From positions 1-49,845 of the forward strand of contig CAYXMJ010000001.1 of assembly GCA_964465915.1 (NCBI GenBank): a DNA stretch of 49,845 nt, in the 5' to 3' direction. Shown here one piece after another: positions 17,594-25,702 of this stretch. Source of the stretch: an uncultured Acidimicrobiaceae bacterium (GTDB lineage Bacteria > Actinomycetota > Acidimicrobiia > Spongiisociales > UBA5794). Every line of letters starts with the position of its first letter. Position 1 is the first letter of the stretch. The notes beneath the pieces are model-generated. The model was not told where the DNA came from. It worked only from the letters and a program-made list of their open reading frames with translations, and did no database searches. A program made the translations under genes and the position numbers.

Positions 17594-18889
17594 ATGGCCC
17601 CTCGACTCCCCGACCGCTACCAGACCCAGGTCCGGCTCGGACGCGACGGCGACGTCGAGGAGTGGCTGGCGATCGACACCTCGCTCGACCGGCCGGTGTT
17701 GGTCAGGGTCCTCGACCCCGACGCATCGGCAGCACGGCTCACCGAGTTCATGGACGGCGCCCGGGCCGCCGCCGCCGTCCAGCACGTTCACCTCGCCGGC
17801 GTCTACGCCGTCGGCGAGGACCACGGCGCCGCATATTCGGTACTCGAGTGGTACGGCGGGGTATCCATCGCCGATCGCCTCCATGCCCGCGAAACCATCC
17901 CGGTCGAGGAGTTCCTCCCCAACGCCGCAGGGTTGGCTTCGGCTCTGGCCGCACTCCATGCCACCGGCGCCGTCCACGGCGACATCGACCCTTCGGCCAT
18001 CGGGTTCTCGGCATCACACCCGGCGAAGCTGACTGCCTTTGGCCGCCGCGGCACCACGGATCAGGTGGCCGACACCGCCGGATTGGCGCGCTCGCTCCGG
18101 CTGGCCATCACCGGCACCGAAACTCCAGGGCTATTGCCCTCACAGGTGGCAGAGGGACTCCCACGCGCGGTTGATACCGCCCTCGAAACCGCCGAAGCCG
18201 GCCGGAGCACGGCTGAGTCCCTGGCTGCCTCGCTGCGGGCCATCCCGTACACCCCGGTCCCCGAGGACCGCACGGCATGGTCCTGGCGCTGGTTGATTCC
18301 GGCGGCGTTGCTACTGGTCGCCGCGCTCGCAATCTCCGCTGCAGGCATGGCCATGGACGTCGACCCCGACTCGCCTTTCCTCTTTCCCGCTACTCCCCCG
18401 GCGCCGCCACCCACCCAACCGTCCGCGGCGGCCACCACCACGACGGTGCCGCTGCCCGTCGAGCAGGAGGCGCTGGAGTTTGATGTGGAGGTTCACGACC
18501 CCTTTGGCGACAGCGAGGAGCGCGACCGGGATCTGCCGTTGCTGGCAGACGGCGACCTCGAGACGGCCTGGCGCACCGAGTCGTACTCGAGTCCGCTGAC
18601 AGCACTCAAGCCGGGCGTCGGTCTCGTCTTCTCCGTTGACGGATCGCCGGCCGTCGTCGAGATGGCGGCCAGTCCCGAGTCCGGGTTCAGGATCGGCTGG
18701 GCTGGCGAGACGCCCAGCAGCTTCGAGGACTGGGAATTCGAGGTATCCGGTACCGCAGAGACCGGCATCACCCGGCTCGAGCTTCCCGAGCGCGACAGTG
18801 GCGTGTGGCTCCTGTGGTTCACCGACTTGCCCGAGCAGAGCGACGGCAAGAGGTACACCCGGATCGCCGAGATCCAGTTCCTGTCGTGA
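17594..18889 (+). CDS. Stand-alone pseudokinase - TM helix - extracellular beta-sandwich domain protein (equivalent to the C-terminal module of mycobacterial MviN/MurJ)
   Basis: The fold is Hanks-kinase-like, but the catalytic motifs are degenerate. The G-loop reads LGRDGDVEEW. VAIK is replaced by VLVRVL, HRDxKxxN by VHGDIDPSAI, and DFG by AFG. One TM helix (WRWLIPAALLLVAALAISAAGMA) and a Pro/Thr linker follow. The ectodomain contains LLADGDLETAWRTESY…RIAEIQF, which is discoidin/CBM-like. The gene sits immediately upstream of the ECF sigma, as mviN does in Mycobacterium. Confidence 0.8.
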   Translation: MAPRLPDRYQTQVRLGRDGDVEEWLAIDTSLDRPVLVRVLDPDASAARLTEFMDGARAAAAVQHVHLAGVYAVGEDHGAAYSVLEWYGGVSIADRLHARETIPVEEFLPNAAGLASALAALHATGAVHGDIDPSAIGFSASHPAKLTAFGRRGTTDQVADTAGLARSLRLAITGTETPGLLPSQVAEGLPRAVDTALETAEAGRSTAESLAASLRAIPYTPVPEDRTAWSWRWLIPAALLLVAALAISAAGMAMDVDPDSPFLFPATPPAPPPTQPSAAATTTTVPLPVEQEALEFDVEVHDPFGDSEERDRDLPLLADGDLETAWRTESYSSPLTALKPGVGLVFSVDGSPAVVEMAASPESGFRIGWAGETPSSFEDWEFEVSGTAETGITRLELPERDSGVWLLWFTDLPEQSDGKRYTRIAEIQFLS

Positions 18890-18923
18890 CACGACGACGC
18901 CGAGCGGCGAGAATCCGGCACGC

Positions 18924-19496
18924 ATGACCTATCGGGCCGCAGAAGACATCGATCTGATCCAGCGTTTCCTCGCCGGCGACACCGCCGCGTTCAATCAACT
19001 CATGGCCGCCCACGAGGATCGTGTCTTTGGTATCTGTCTGCGCATGCTCCGCGACCGTGACGCCGCCCTCGATGCCACTCAAGAGACGTTCCTCACCGTG
19101 TTTCGTAAGGCCGATCGTTACAAGGCTGAGGCGGCCTTCTCCACCTGGCTCTATCGGGTGGCGGTCAACACGTGCTACGACCAGCTGCGGCGCGCCAAGC
19201 GAGCCTCAGCCGACGCTCTCCCTGAGTCGCATGACCCCGCAGACGTTCGCCCGGATGATGAGTACGCTGCCGTCGAGCTGAGACCCGACATCAATGCCGC
19301 ATTGGCGCAACTCTCCCCCGAGTTCCGGGCTGCGGTAGTACTCGTCGACCTCGAAGGTCTCTCGCTCGAGACGGCTGCGAACCTGCTGGGAACCCCGGTC
19401 GGCACGGTGAAGTCCCGAGTATTTCGGGGAAGAAAGCTCCTCGCCCAACAACTTGGGAACCTGAACGACCCTCCGCAGCATCCAAGGAACGAATAG
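18924..19496 (+). CDS. ECF RNA polymerase sigma factor (SigM-like by position)
   Basis: Region 2 (…HEDRVFGICLRMLRDRDAALDATQETFLTVFRKADRY…FSTWLYRVAVNTCYDQLRR) and region 4 (…VDLEGLSLETAANLLGTPVGTVKSRVFRGRKLL) are both present. The start is at the ATG at 18924. The longer track ORF overlaps the previous gene out of frame. Confidence 0.9.
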   Translation: MTYRAAEDIDLIQRFLAGDTAAFNQLMAAHEDRVFGICLRMLRDRDAALDATQETFLTVFRKADRYKAEAAFSTWLYRVAVNTCYDQLRRAKRASADALPESHDPADVRPDDEYAAVELRPDINAALAQLSPEFRAAVVLVDLEGLSLETAANLLGTPVGTVKSRVFRGRKLLAQQLGNLNDPPQHPRNE

Positions 19497-19498
19497 CG

Positions 19499-20422
19499 AT
19501 GCACGAACACGACCCCGATCTCATCATGGCTCTGGCCGAGGGCACGCTCGATGCTTCCGATGTTCCCTCTGCGGAGGCCGAGATTGCGGCCTGCGCCGAG
19601 TGCTCGGAGGACCTCGAACTGCAACGGCTGGCTCTCGGCGCGCTCGAAGCCGCGCCTCCGGTCGCCATGACCGAGATGGAGTCATCCCGGATGCGGCGCA
19701 CCCTGCGGCACGAACTCGGTTTGGTGCCGGCTGCCAAGGCGGCCAAGCCCCAACGCCGCTGGTTCCCAATCGGTGCGTTGGCATCCGCCGCCGCACTACT
19801 GCTGGCCCTGGTCGTCGTCGGTCCCGGCCTCGACCTCCTCGGCCCCGGCGGCGACGACGACGTGTCGGAAGTCGCGGCGTTTTCGCAGACCACCACCACG
19901 TCGGCCGCAGCAGAAGCCGACGACGGCGCGGCCCTGAGCGGCGGCGAAGCCCCCCGTGGGGCCGCCACCGAGTCGCTGGAGGAGGCCGCGGCGGATCTCA
20001 CCACCACCACTCAGAGCGCAACGACCACTACCTCTGCCGCCGCCGAAACCACGACAATGGCCCCACCGGCCGCGGCGACGGCGATGCAGTTCTCCACCGA
20101 GCCCAACCTCGCGACGCTGGAGGATGCCATCATCCGCCTGGGCATCACCGCCGACACCGACCTTGCCCAATTCGAGGAGCAATTCCGTGCCCTCGGCCTC
20201 GCCTTCGAGCTTGCCACCACCGGCCCGGCTGCCTACACGCAAGAATGCCTCGCGGCCGGAGTCGACTCGATCGCCGGAGTCACCTCCGGATACCCGCTCG
20301 GTGAAACCCCGTACGGCGGCGGTGACGGCATGGTTGCCGTCTATGAGACTGAGACACCCGGTGACGTTGTCGTTGCCGTGCAGGACACCACTACTTGTGA
20401 AGTACTGGACGCCAGTCCGTGA
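19499..20422 (+). CDS. Single-pass membrane anti-sigma factor (putative)
   Basis: The ATG is 2 nt after the sigma stop. The N-terminal anti-sigma domain has a CxxC (IAACAECSEDL) but lacks the His of a ZAS motif. A TM helix (WFPIGALASAAALLLALVVVGPGL) is followed by a Thr/Ala-rich linker and a small C-terminal domain. Confidence 0.7.
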   Translation: MHEHDPDLIMALAEGTLDASDVPSAEAEIAACAECSEDLELQRLALGALEAAPPVAMTEMESSRMRRTLRHELGLVPAAKAAKPQRRWFPIGALASAAALLLALVVVGPGLDLLGPGGDDDVSEVAAFSQTTTTSAAAEADDGAALSGGEAPRGAATESLEEAAADLTTTTQSATTTTSAAAETTTMAPPAAATAMQFSTEPNLATLEDAIIRLGITADTDLAQFEEQFRALGLAFELATTGPAAYTQECLAAGVDSIAGVTSGYPLGETPYGGGDGMVAVYETETPGDVVVAVQDTTTCEVLDASP

Positions 20423-20464
20423 CGTCCGGCCGCGGCGGGCGGACGACTGACTAACCTCGGCACC

Positions 20465-20752
20465 ATGGACGACTTTCCTACTCAGATCGCCGACCTCCTG
20501 GTCCAGACTGCGGCCAGAATTCGGGCGATGACCGTCGACCGGATCGCCGGCTACACGAAGTGGGCCGCGGTTGGTCTTGTTGTTGCCATGCTCGCCTTTG
20601 TGCTCGTGGTGTTCCTCCTCATCGGGCTGTTCCGCTGGCTGGGAGAACTGATCGGGGTCGAAGCTGCCTTCGCGCTGGTTGGTGGATTATTCGTGGTGGT
20701 TGGGATGTTCCTGTGGAGGCAGAAGAACCCCGACCAAGCGAAAGAGCAGTAG
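20465..20752 (+). CDS. Small hypothetical membrane protein (2 TM helices)
   Basis: 95-aa ORF with helices AAVGLVVAMLAFVLVVFLLIGLF and AFALVGGLFVVVGMFLW. Its stop lies 3 nt before the trxB ATG, so it is probably co-transcribed. Confidence 0.6.
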   Translation: MDDFPTQIADLLVQTAARIRAMTVDRIAGYTKWAAVGLVVAMLAFVLVVFLLIGLFRWLGELIGVEAAFALVGGLFVVVGMFLWRQKNPDQAKEQ

Positions 20753-20755
20753 CCG

Positions 20756-21682
20756 ATGCCCGAAAAGGTGTTGATCATCGGGTCAGGTCCCGCCGGCCTG
20801 ACCGCAGCCATCTACGCTGCCCGTGCCGACCTCTCCCCCGTTATGATCGAGGGATTTGAGCGCGGCGGACAGCTGATGCTGACGACCGATGTCGAGAACT
20901 ATCCGGGGTTTCCCGACGGGATCATGGGACCCGAGTTGATGGAGCAATTCCGCAAGCAGGCGGAGCGCTTCGGAACCCGCATCATCAGTTCGAACGTCTC
21001 CAACGTCGACTTCTCGCAGCGACCATTCAAGGTCTGGGTGGATGACGACCGCTACGAGTCCGACACGGTGATCATCTCCACCGGTGCATCGGCGCGCTGG
21101 CTCGGCATCCCCGGCGAGGAGAAGCTGCGAGGCTTTGGTGTATCGGCTTGCGCCACCTGCGACGGATTCTTCTTCCGCGATCGCGCCATCGCCGTGGTCG
21201 GCGGTGGCGACAGCGCTATGGAAGAGGCCATCTTCCTGACCAAGTTTGCCTCCAAGGTCACCATCATCCACCGCCGCGACGAGTTTCGTGCCTCCAAGAT
21301 CATGGCGCGACGTGCCATCGATCATCCCAAGATCGAAGTTCTCTGGGACAGCGTCCCGGAGGAGATCCTCGGAGAAGACGGGGTGACCGGGGTACGGGTG
21401 CGCAATGTCAAGACCGACGTCGAGTCCGTGCTCGACGTCGAAGGCGTGTTTGTCGCCATCGGGCACACCCCGAACACCTCGGTGTTCGTCGACCACATCG
21501 AGCTCGACGCGGCGGGATACATCGAGACAACGCCGGGGGGAACCGCAACCTCGGTCCCCGGCGTGTTCGCCGGTGGAGACGTCGTGGACTCGGTCTATCG
21601 ACAAGCTATCACAGCCGCCGGGATGGGCTGCCAAGCCGCCATCGACGCGGAGCGTTGGCGCGAGGCTCAGCACGGAATGTGA
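20756..21682 (+). CDS. trxB: Thioredoxin-disulfide reductase
   Basis: 308 aa. FAD motif IIGSGPAGLTAAIYAAR, redox-active CATCDG, NADPH motif VVGGGDSAMEEA. Confidence 0.95.
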   Translation: MPEKVLIIGSGPAGLTAAIYAARADLSPVMIEGFERGGQLMLTTDVENYPGFPDGIMGPELMEQFRKQAERFGTRIISSNVSNVDFSQRPFKVWVDDDRYESDTVIISTGASARWLGIPGEEKLRGFGVSACATCDGFFFRDRAIAVVGGGDSAMEEAIFLTKFASKVTIIHRRDEFRASKIMARRAIDHPKIEVLWDSVPEEILGEDGVTGVRVRNVKTDVESVLDVEGVFVAIGHTPNTSVFVDHIELDAAGYIETTPGGTATSVPGVFAGGDVVDSVYRQAITAAGMGCQAAIDAERWREAQHGM

Positions 21683-21790
21683 TCCGCTCCTGGGTGGTTG
21701 CTGAGGTCAACAGCAACGACGACAATCCGGTCACCCGTTGTGGTACCGCTACATCAACAAGGAGGTGAAGGCCCCCGAGGCCGACGCCAA

Positions 21791-22114
21791 ATGGGACAGA
21801 ACACCGTCAACGCAAACGATCAAAACTTCTCGGAGCTCATCTCTGGTGAGACCCCGGTTCTCGTCGACTTCTGGGCCGAGTGGTGCGGCCCGTGCAAGAT
21901 GATGAACGGCCCCCTCAACGAACTCGCCGGCGAGAAGTCGGGCCAGCTCAGTGTCGCCAAGCTCAACGTCGACGAGAATCAGCAGACCGCCATGAACTAC
22001 GACGTCATGAGCATTCCGACGATGATCATCTTCCAAGGGGGCGAAGAGAAGAAACGCCTGGTCGGCGCCCGCTCCAAGGCCCAACTCGAGGCCGAACTCA
22101 CCGAATTCGTCTAG
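21791..22114 (+). CDS. trxA: Thioredoxin
   Basis: WCGPC active site (VDFWAEWCGPCKMM) in a 107-aa protein starting at the ATG at 21791. Upstream residues of the track ORF are not thioredoxin-like. Confidence 0.93.
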   Translation: MGQNTVNANDQNFSELISGETPVLVDFWAEWCGPCKMMNGPLNELAGEKSGQLSVAKLNVDENQQTAMNYDVMSIPTMIIFQGGEEKKRLVGARSKAQLEAELTEFV

Positions 22115-22137
22115 GCGGCCCGACTTGATGCTGTGCT

Positions 22138-22165
22138 CTTCCGGCCCCATCGTGTGGGCCGGGAG
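22138..22165 (+). terminator. Stem-loop after trxA (10 bp including one G·U, 8-nt loop) followed by a weak T-tract (ttctt)
   Basis: ctcttccggccc (22136-22147) pairs with gggccgggag (22156-22165). It lies 24 nt downstream of the trxA stop. Confidence 0.4.
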
Positions 22166-22287
22166 CAGGGTTCTTGCCGCCTGTCAACGCTCCCACTCGG
22201 CACCCGGTACCCGGGCCGCGTCCATCCCCCATCGGCGGTGAATCTGCGTGCCACCTGCTATCGCCGACTATCTGCGACCATACGCTT

Positions 22288-23268
22288 GTGAGGCTCTATC
22301 GCATCGGTGATCAAGGGGAGCCGGTCCGCGACATCCAGGACCGGTTGCTGGCCCTCGGCTTCAGTTCCGTCCCCGATGGGCGGGGACGCTTTGGAGCGGG
22401 GACCCTCGCCGCGGCTCAGGCGTTTCAGCGTGAGCGTGGCCTTGCCGCCGACGGGATCGTCGGGCCCGACACCTGGCGCACCCTGGTCGGAGCCGGCTTC
22501 CGTCTGGGCGACCGCATGCTGTACCACCGGGCGCCGATGATGCGCGGCGACGATGCCGCCGACCTCCAGCGCCGCCTCAACGCACTGGGCTTCGACTCCG
22601 GCAAGGTCGACGGGATCTTTGGACCCGACAGCCTGCGTGCTCTACTGGACTTTCAAGCCAACCGCCGCATGGCCGAGGACGGGATCGCCGGGCGGGAAGT
22701 CGCCGAAGAGCTGTCCCGGGTGGCAAGGGCCAACGCGACGACCGGCCGCGAACAGGTCCGAGAGCGTCAATGGCTCGCCGGGCTTCCCGACACCCTCGTC
22801 GGTCAGCGGATCTACATCGACACCTTCTGCCGCAACGAGGCCGAACAACACGCCACCTGGCGGGCCGGGATAACATTTGGTAGAATTATCCAAGATTTGG
22901 GTGCTCATCCCCTACTTTCCCGCTCAGAAGACACCCTGCCGACCCAACGGGTGCGAGCACTACGAGCCAACCGGCTCGCCGTTGACCTCATCGTCGCGTT
23001 TGCCCTACCCGAGACCGATACCTCGGGTGTTCTGTACTTTGCGTCCGCCCACAGCCGGAGCGCCGCCGGCCAGACCATCGCCCAAGACGTGGCCGAGGGA
23101 CTCGATCTGCCAGTTCTTGGCAGATCGATCGCTATTCTCAAGGACACCCGCCCCCCTGCCGTCGTCGTCACCTGTGAACCCATGAACGAAATGGTCGGGG
23201 GGCGCACCGCACAGGGAATCATCAACCTATACGCTCGAGTTCACGATGAGGTTGAAGCTTATCGGTGA
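22288..23268 (+). CDS. CwlM-like protein: two PG_binding_1 repeats plus a degenerate amidase_3-like C-terminal domain; no signal peptide
   Basis: Two peptidoglycan-binding repeats are present (DIQDRLLALGF…AAQAFQRERGLAADGIVGPDTWRTL and DLQRRLNALGFDSGKVDGIFGPDSLRALLDFQ). The C-terminal domain aligns by eye to amidase_3, but the usual GHGG and SxHxN zinc-ligand motifs read DTFCRN and AFALPE. A GTG at 22288 is chosen as the start; the TTG at 22174 is an alternative. The position downstream of trxA matches mycobacterial cwlM. Confidence 0.78.
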   Translation: MRLYRIGDQGEPVRDIQDRLLALGFSSVPDGRGRFGAGTLAAAQAFQRERGLAADGIVGPDTWRTLVGAGFRLGDRMLYHRAPMMRGDDAADLQRRLNALGFDSGKVDGIFGPDSLRALLDFQANRRMAEDGIAGREVAEELSRVARANATTGREQVRERQWLAGLPDTLVGQRIYIDTFCRNEAEQHATWRAGITFGRIIQDLGAHPLLSRSEDTLPTQRVRALRANRLAVDLIVAFALPETDTSGVLYFASAHSRSAAGQTIAQDVAEGLDLPVLGRSIAILKDTRPPAVVVTCEPMNEMVGGRTAQGIINLYARVHDEVEAYR

Positions 23269-23300
23269 GGCCTGCTCCCAGCCGCCTCCCAAACAGGGTC

Positions 23301-24161
23301 CTACGACCCGTAGAACAACCGGTAGATCCGCTCGAGATCATTGAGCGACGAGAACCCGATCACCAATTTGCCGCCCTTGGATCCGTAGTTGATCTTGACG
23401 TTGGTGCTCAGTTGGTCGCTGAGTCGCTCCTCCAACTCTATGATTGCCGCGGGTCGTACCGCCTTAGGCGGCGCAACAACAGGCTGCTGTGGCTCCGAAT
23501 GGCGAGCCCGGGCCGCCTCTTCGACCTGACGAACGGACCAACCTTCCTCGACCACCTTCTCCGCGATGTGAGTAGCGTAGGCATCGTCCTCGACCGAGAG
23601 TAAGGGTCTGGCGTGCCCGGCGGTGAGTTCGCCCCGCTCCAGCATGCCCTGGATGGCCGCTGGGAGTTGGAGAAGCCGCAAGGTATTGGTGACGGCGCTG
23701 CGGCTGCGGCCCACCCGCTCGGCAATGTCCGCATGGGTCAAACCAAAGTCCTCGAGCAGTTGGCGATATGCCGCAGCCTCCTCGAGTGGGGTGAGATCCT
23801 CACGCTGGACGTTCTCGACCAACGCCTCGGTCAGGCTGCTGGTGTCGTCGGTGTCGTCTCGGATCACGGCCGGAACGTCGTCCAGACCGGCGAGGCGGGC
23901 AGCCCTACAGCGCCGCTCCCCCGCCACGAGAACGTATTCGCCTTCCGCATCGGCGGGACGGAGGACAACCGGCTGCAGCACGCCCACTTCTCGGATCGAC
24001 GCGGCCAGAGCTGCCAACGTATCGGCGTCAAAGTGCTGACGCGGCTGTTGCGGATTTGGGGTGATCAGGTCGAGCGGAACCAACGCAAACCCCCGTTCCG
24101 GACGTTCCACCGGTATGAGGGCGTCAAGCCCTCGTCCCAAACCACCTTTACGAGCGGCCAT
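23301..24161 (-). CDS. parB: Chromosome partitioning protein ParB
   Basis: N-terminal MAARKGGLGRGLDALIP, the ParB box LEDFGLTHADIAERVGRSRSAVTNTLRLL (HTH), and the arginine patch GERRCRAA. The ATG at 24161 overlaps the parA end. Confidence 0.93.
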   Translation of the reverse strand: MAARKGGLGRGLDALIPVERPERGFALVPLDLITPNPQQPRQHFDADTLAALAASIREVGVLQPVVLRPADAEGEYVLVAGERRCRAARLAGLDDVPAVIRDDTDDTSSLTEALVENVQREDLTPLEEAAAYRQLLEDFGLTHADIAERVGRSRSAVTNTLRLLQLPAAIQGMLERGELTAGHARPLLSVEDDAYATHIAEKVVEEGWSVRQVEEAARARHSEPQQPVVAPPKAVRPAAIIELEERLSDQLSTNVKINYGSKGGKLVIGFSSLNDLERIYRLFYGS

Positions 24162-24975
24162 GACGCCTCCTGAACTCTCGCGCCAGTTCCCGATAGGCAA
24201 TGGCGCCCCGGGACATCGGATCAAACGCTTCGATCGGCTCTCCGTACGACGGCGCCTCTGAGAGCCGCACCGTACGAGGAATCACCGTTCGGTACGTCCT
24301 CTCCCCGAAGTGTTCCCGCACCTGCTTGACCACGTCGGACGACAGGGTGGTCCGGCCGTCGAACATGGTGAGCACCACGCCCTCGATCTCCAACTCCGGG
24401 TTGAGGTTCTGCTTCACCAGTTGGATGTTGCGGATCAGCTGGCTGACACCCTCGAGTGCGTAGTACTCGCACTGGATCGGGATCATGACTTCTCGGGCCG
24501 CGGCGAGTCCGTTGACCGTCAGCAGGCCCAGCGATGGCGGGCAATCGATGAGCACGAAGTCGAAATCGCCAATCACCGGCTTTAGGGCGTTGGCCAGGCG
24601 ATTCTCTCGGCTGAACATCGATACGAGCTCGATCTCAGCACCGGCGAGCTCGATAGTCGCCGGCACAATCAGCAGGTCTCGAACGCTCGTGGGTTCGAGC
24701 ACGTCGTCAACCGCAACGCTGTCAATCAGGACCTCATAGGTGGAGAGCTCGATCGCGGAGCGGTCGATACCCAACCCTGAGGACGTATTGCCCTGGGGGT
24801 CGAGGTCAACCAGGAGAACGCGCTCGCCCTGAAACGCTAGTGCGGCGCCGAGGTTGATGGTCGTTGTCGACTTGCCGACCCCGCCCTTCTGGTTGGCGAT
24901 CGCAACGATCCGGGCCTCAGCGGCCGACGTTTGGGTGGGCTCGGTTGGACTGGGGTCTTGAGGAGTGTCACTCAC
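24148..24975 (-). CDS. parA: Chromosome partitioning ATPase ParA/Soj
   Basis: Deviant Walker A IANQKGGVGKSTTTINL, DLDPQGN, and full-length ParA-like sequence. GTG start at 24975. Confidence 0.93.
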   Translation of the reverse strand: MSDTPQDPSPTEPTQTSAAEARIVAIANQKGGVGKSTTTINLGAALAFQGERVLLVDLDPQGNTSSGLGIDRSAIELSTYEVLIDSVAVDDVLEPTSVRDLLIVPATIELAGAEIELVSMFSRENRLANALKPVIGDFDFVLIDCPPSLGLLTVNGLAAAREVMIPIQCEYYALEGVSQLIRNIQLVKQNLNPELEIEGVVLTMFDGRTTLSSDVVKQVREHFGERTYRTVIPRTVRLSEAPSYGEPIEAFDPMSRGAIAYRELAREFRRRHGRS

Positions 24976-25633
24976 GGTGTGTCATCCTAAGAAGCCAGGC
25001 GGGGGAGTCAAGCACCTCCGGCGGTATCGACACCACTTCCGTTTGCAGGCCATGACCAGCCGCAGCCGTATCTAGACCTGCGGCGTCCGGCGGCGTTTGC
25101 CGACTCAAGCCCATCACAGCCTCACCCGTGGTTGCCAATAGGCGCCGAATCCGGGGAAACAACTGTTCAGGAGGCAACGAGGCGCGGGCAACGATCACGT
25201 CATGGTTGCCGTCGATGGCGTCAACGTCGGCTTCGACCACCCGGGTGGTGGAGAGGTTCAGGATCCTGACCACCCTTCGCAGCAGCGCCGTCCTGCGTCC
25301 GGACCGATCCACCAAAGTCATATCCAGATGCGGACAGGCGATAGCCAACGGAATACCGGGTAGCCCGACACCCGAGCCGATGTCGAGCGCCGACCCCTGC
25401 CGGCCAACAAACACCGCCGCATAGGACAGCGAGTCGGCCAAGTGCCGCGGCCACAGTCGGGAGGCCTCGTCGGGTCCGATGCCCCCTGCAGCAAGGGCCT
25501 CGGTGCTGAGCCACGCCGCATACTGCTCAAGACGGGCGACGGCATCATCATCCAGCTCCAGACCGGACCACCGGCGGAGTCGCTCGATCCACAGGTCTGG
25601 ACCACCGGTTGAAGGATGTTTCACGTTGAACAT
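24968..25633 (-). CDS. rsmG: 16S rRNA (guanine527-N7)-methyltransferase RsmG (GidB)
   Basis: 221 aa. SAM-binding LDIGSGVGLPGIPLAI and RsmG-like flanks. Conserved position between jag and parA. Confidence 0.9.
   Translation of the reverse strand: MFNVKHPSTGGPDLWIERLRRWSGLELDDDAVARLEQYAAWLSTEALAAGGIGPDEASRLWPRHLADSLSYAAVFVGRQGSALDIGSGVGLPGIPLAIACPHLDMTLVDRSGRRTALLRRVVRILNLSTTRVVEADVDAIDGNHDVIVARASLPPEQLFPRIRRLLATTGEAVMGLSRQTPPDAAGLDTAAAGHGLQTEVVSIPPEVLDSPAWLLRMTHRE
25617..25632. promoter_or_regulatory. parS-like 16-mer TGTTTCACGTTGAACA (2 mismatches to TGTTTCACGTGAAACA) spanning the rsmG start codon
   Basis: Read directly. One half-site (TGTTTCACG) is perfect. No exact 16-mer parS was seen elsewhere in the window. 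Other isolated half-sites occur, for example at 26352-26360. Confidence 0.3.
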
Positions 25634-25648
25634 CTACTCCCGACGAAG

Positions 25649-25676
25649 AAGAACCCGGGTGGCTCCCCGGGTTCTT
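25649..25676 (-). terminator. Perfect 11-bp stem-loop (AAGAACCCGGG / CCCGGGTTCTT, 6-nt loop) between jag and rsmG
   Basis: Arms at 25649-25659 and 25666-25676 are exact complements. The hairpin lies 27 nt downstream of the jag stop and 16 nt upstream of the rsmG ATG on the minus strand. It could be a terminator or attenuator, or an mRNA processing or stability element. Confidence 0.45.
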
Positions 25677-25702
25677 GATCGTACCTGCGAAGCGACAACT
25701 TG

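Noticed and set aside
17383-18174. 263-aa Arg-rich ORF overlapping the GNAT 3' end and the pseudokinase 5' half
   Set aside because: It is an alternative frame of two recognisable genes. Extreme Arg/Pro/Gly content is typical of frame-shifted GC-rich coding DNA.
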